Below, one piece after another: positions 63,039 through 64,000 of a stretch of 64,000 nucleotides of DNA. The position numbers were made by a program, and so were the translations under genes. A model generated the notes under the pieces. The model worked only from the letters and a program-made list of their open reading frames with translations. It was not told the origin of the DNA and did no database searches. Position 1 is the first letter of the stretch. Each line of letters starts with the position of its first letter. Source of the stretch: an uncultured Rivularia sp. (GTDB lineage Bacteria; Cyanobacteriota; Cyanobacteriia; Cyanobacteriales; Nostocaceae); contig OY762007.1 in NCBI GenBank assembly GCA_963665115.1, positions 7,328,001 to 7,392,000 of the forward strand. The letters run 5' to 3'.

Positions 63039-63271
63039 CGACTCATCTGTGATTAATTAAGCACCACTACTAGAAAAATCAAAAACTGTTCACTGTTCGC
63101 TGATAATATTATGTCCGGTAAATTAGATACGATATGCCATTGCGGATGGAAAAAAGTGAAACGAAGCAATCGCAACATCTTGCGTTATGAAGCGTGTCCG
63201 AAGAACATAGTAGATAGGACATATACTTCACTCCGCTTTCACCCGTTTTCCAATTCTAAGAAAATACTAAG

Positions 63272-64000
63272 CTAAAAAATATCGCAGGCAATACGGAAAC
63301 CCCTGCTGCTGGCGCTTTCACCGCGAACGCCTGCGAAACGGTTAGCTGAGCGGCAGGTGTAAGGATTATGCCTCCGTGAGCCGCCGCGCAGAATTCTGGA
63401 ATCATAAAGGCTTCGCATAGCATTATGATGCCGATGATAGTAATTAATATAATAATCATTATTATCAATCCATGCAGTGCCGTCTGTAGGCGCTCCGTTA
63501 TAATTCTCATGCCAGCTATCTTGGCACCATTCCAAAACATTTCCATGCATATCGTATAATCCAAACACATTAGGTGGAAATAATCCGACTGGTGTGTTTT
63601 TTTCACGATATTCTCCAAGAGGCTCATCTGCATAGGAATTAGTTGCTTTATAATTAGCTAAATCGCTGGTAATTGTTTCCCCGTAATAGAATGGTGTAGT
63701 AGTTCTAGCTCTGCAAGCGTATTCCCATTCAGCTTCACTAGGCAATCTATACTCTTTTCCTGTGGCTCTTAATAATCTGGTGCAAAATTCTACTGCATCG
63801 TACCAGGAAACTTTGTCTACGGGATTATTATATCCTTTGAAATAAGAAGGGTCTGGATCTAAATCTTGCTCGATTTTTGGTAACTTAGCTACAGCTTTCC
63901 ACTGTGCTTGAGTAACCGTAAATTTTCCTATGTAGAAAGGTTTCACTGAAACCTGATGTTGTGGTTGTGATTTATCTCGCACGATACCATCAAGTTTTTC
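63272..64000 (-). CDS. FGE-sulfatase (SUMF1, C-type-lectin fold) domain protein; 5' part outside window
   Basis: VTQAQW, YRLPSEAEWEYACRA, FGLYDMHGNVLEWCQD, LRGGS, GFRI. Confidence 0.92.
   Translation of the reverse strand, partial: EKLDGIVRDKSQPQHQVSVKPFYIGKFTVTQAQWKAVAKLPKIEQDLDPDPSYFKGYNNPVDKVSWYDAVEFCTRLLRATGKEYRLPSEAEWEYACRARTTTPFYYGETITSDLANYKATNSYADEPLGEYREKNTPVGLFPPNVFGLYDMHGNVLEWCQDSWHENYNGAPTDGTAWIDNNDYYINYYHRHHNAMRSLYDSRILRGGSRRHNPYTCRSANRFAGVRGESASSRGFRIACDIF

Overview
AT-rich chromosomal segment from a filamentous cyanobacterium, most likely Nostocales (inferred from frequent HIP1 GCGATCGC sites, heptamer STRR arrays, clpR-clpP3, a nucA/nuiA pair, tandem Pkn kinases and an rbp gene). 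Most genes are housekeeping or core: ftsH, clpP/clpR, hemW, pgk, speD, a group-2 sigma factor, cobO, ftsI/ftsL-like and glgB. The most notable accessory locus (3.7-9.6 kb) looks like a chaperone-usher pilus system: an usher-like outer-membrane protein, a PapD-like chaperone, two pilin-like subunits and a decayed third pilin missed by the ORF track. Other points of interest: a 1285-aa metzincin-like protein with a His/Asp tandem repeat and five mosaic domain repeats; a possible DGR variable region in the terminal FGE-sulfatase gene; an IS200/IS605-type right-end remnant; a deletion scar joining tetR and ahpD-like fragments; a duplicated herA 3' end; an unannotated 52-aa lipoprotein; and many MITE/REP-like repeats. 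Four conserved genes carry single-base homopolymer indels that are probably sequencing errors. No rRNA, tRNA or CRISPR array was seen. All family assignments come from motif recognition by eye, not database searches.
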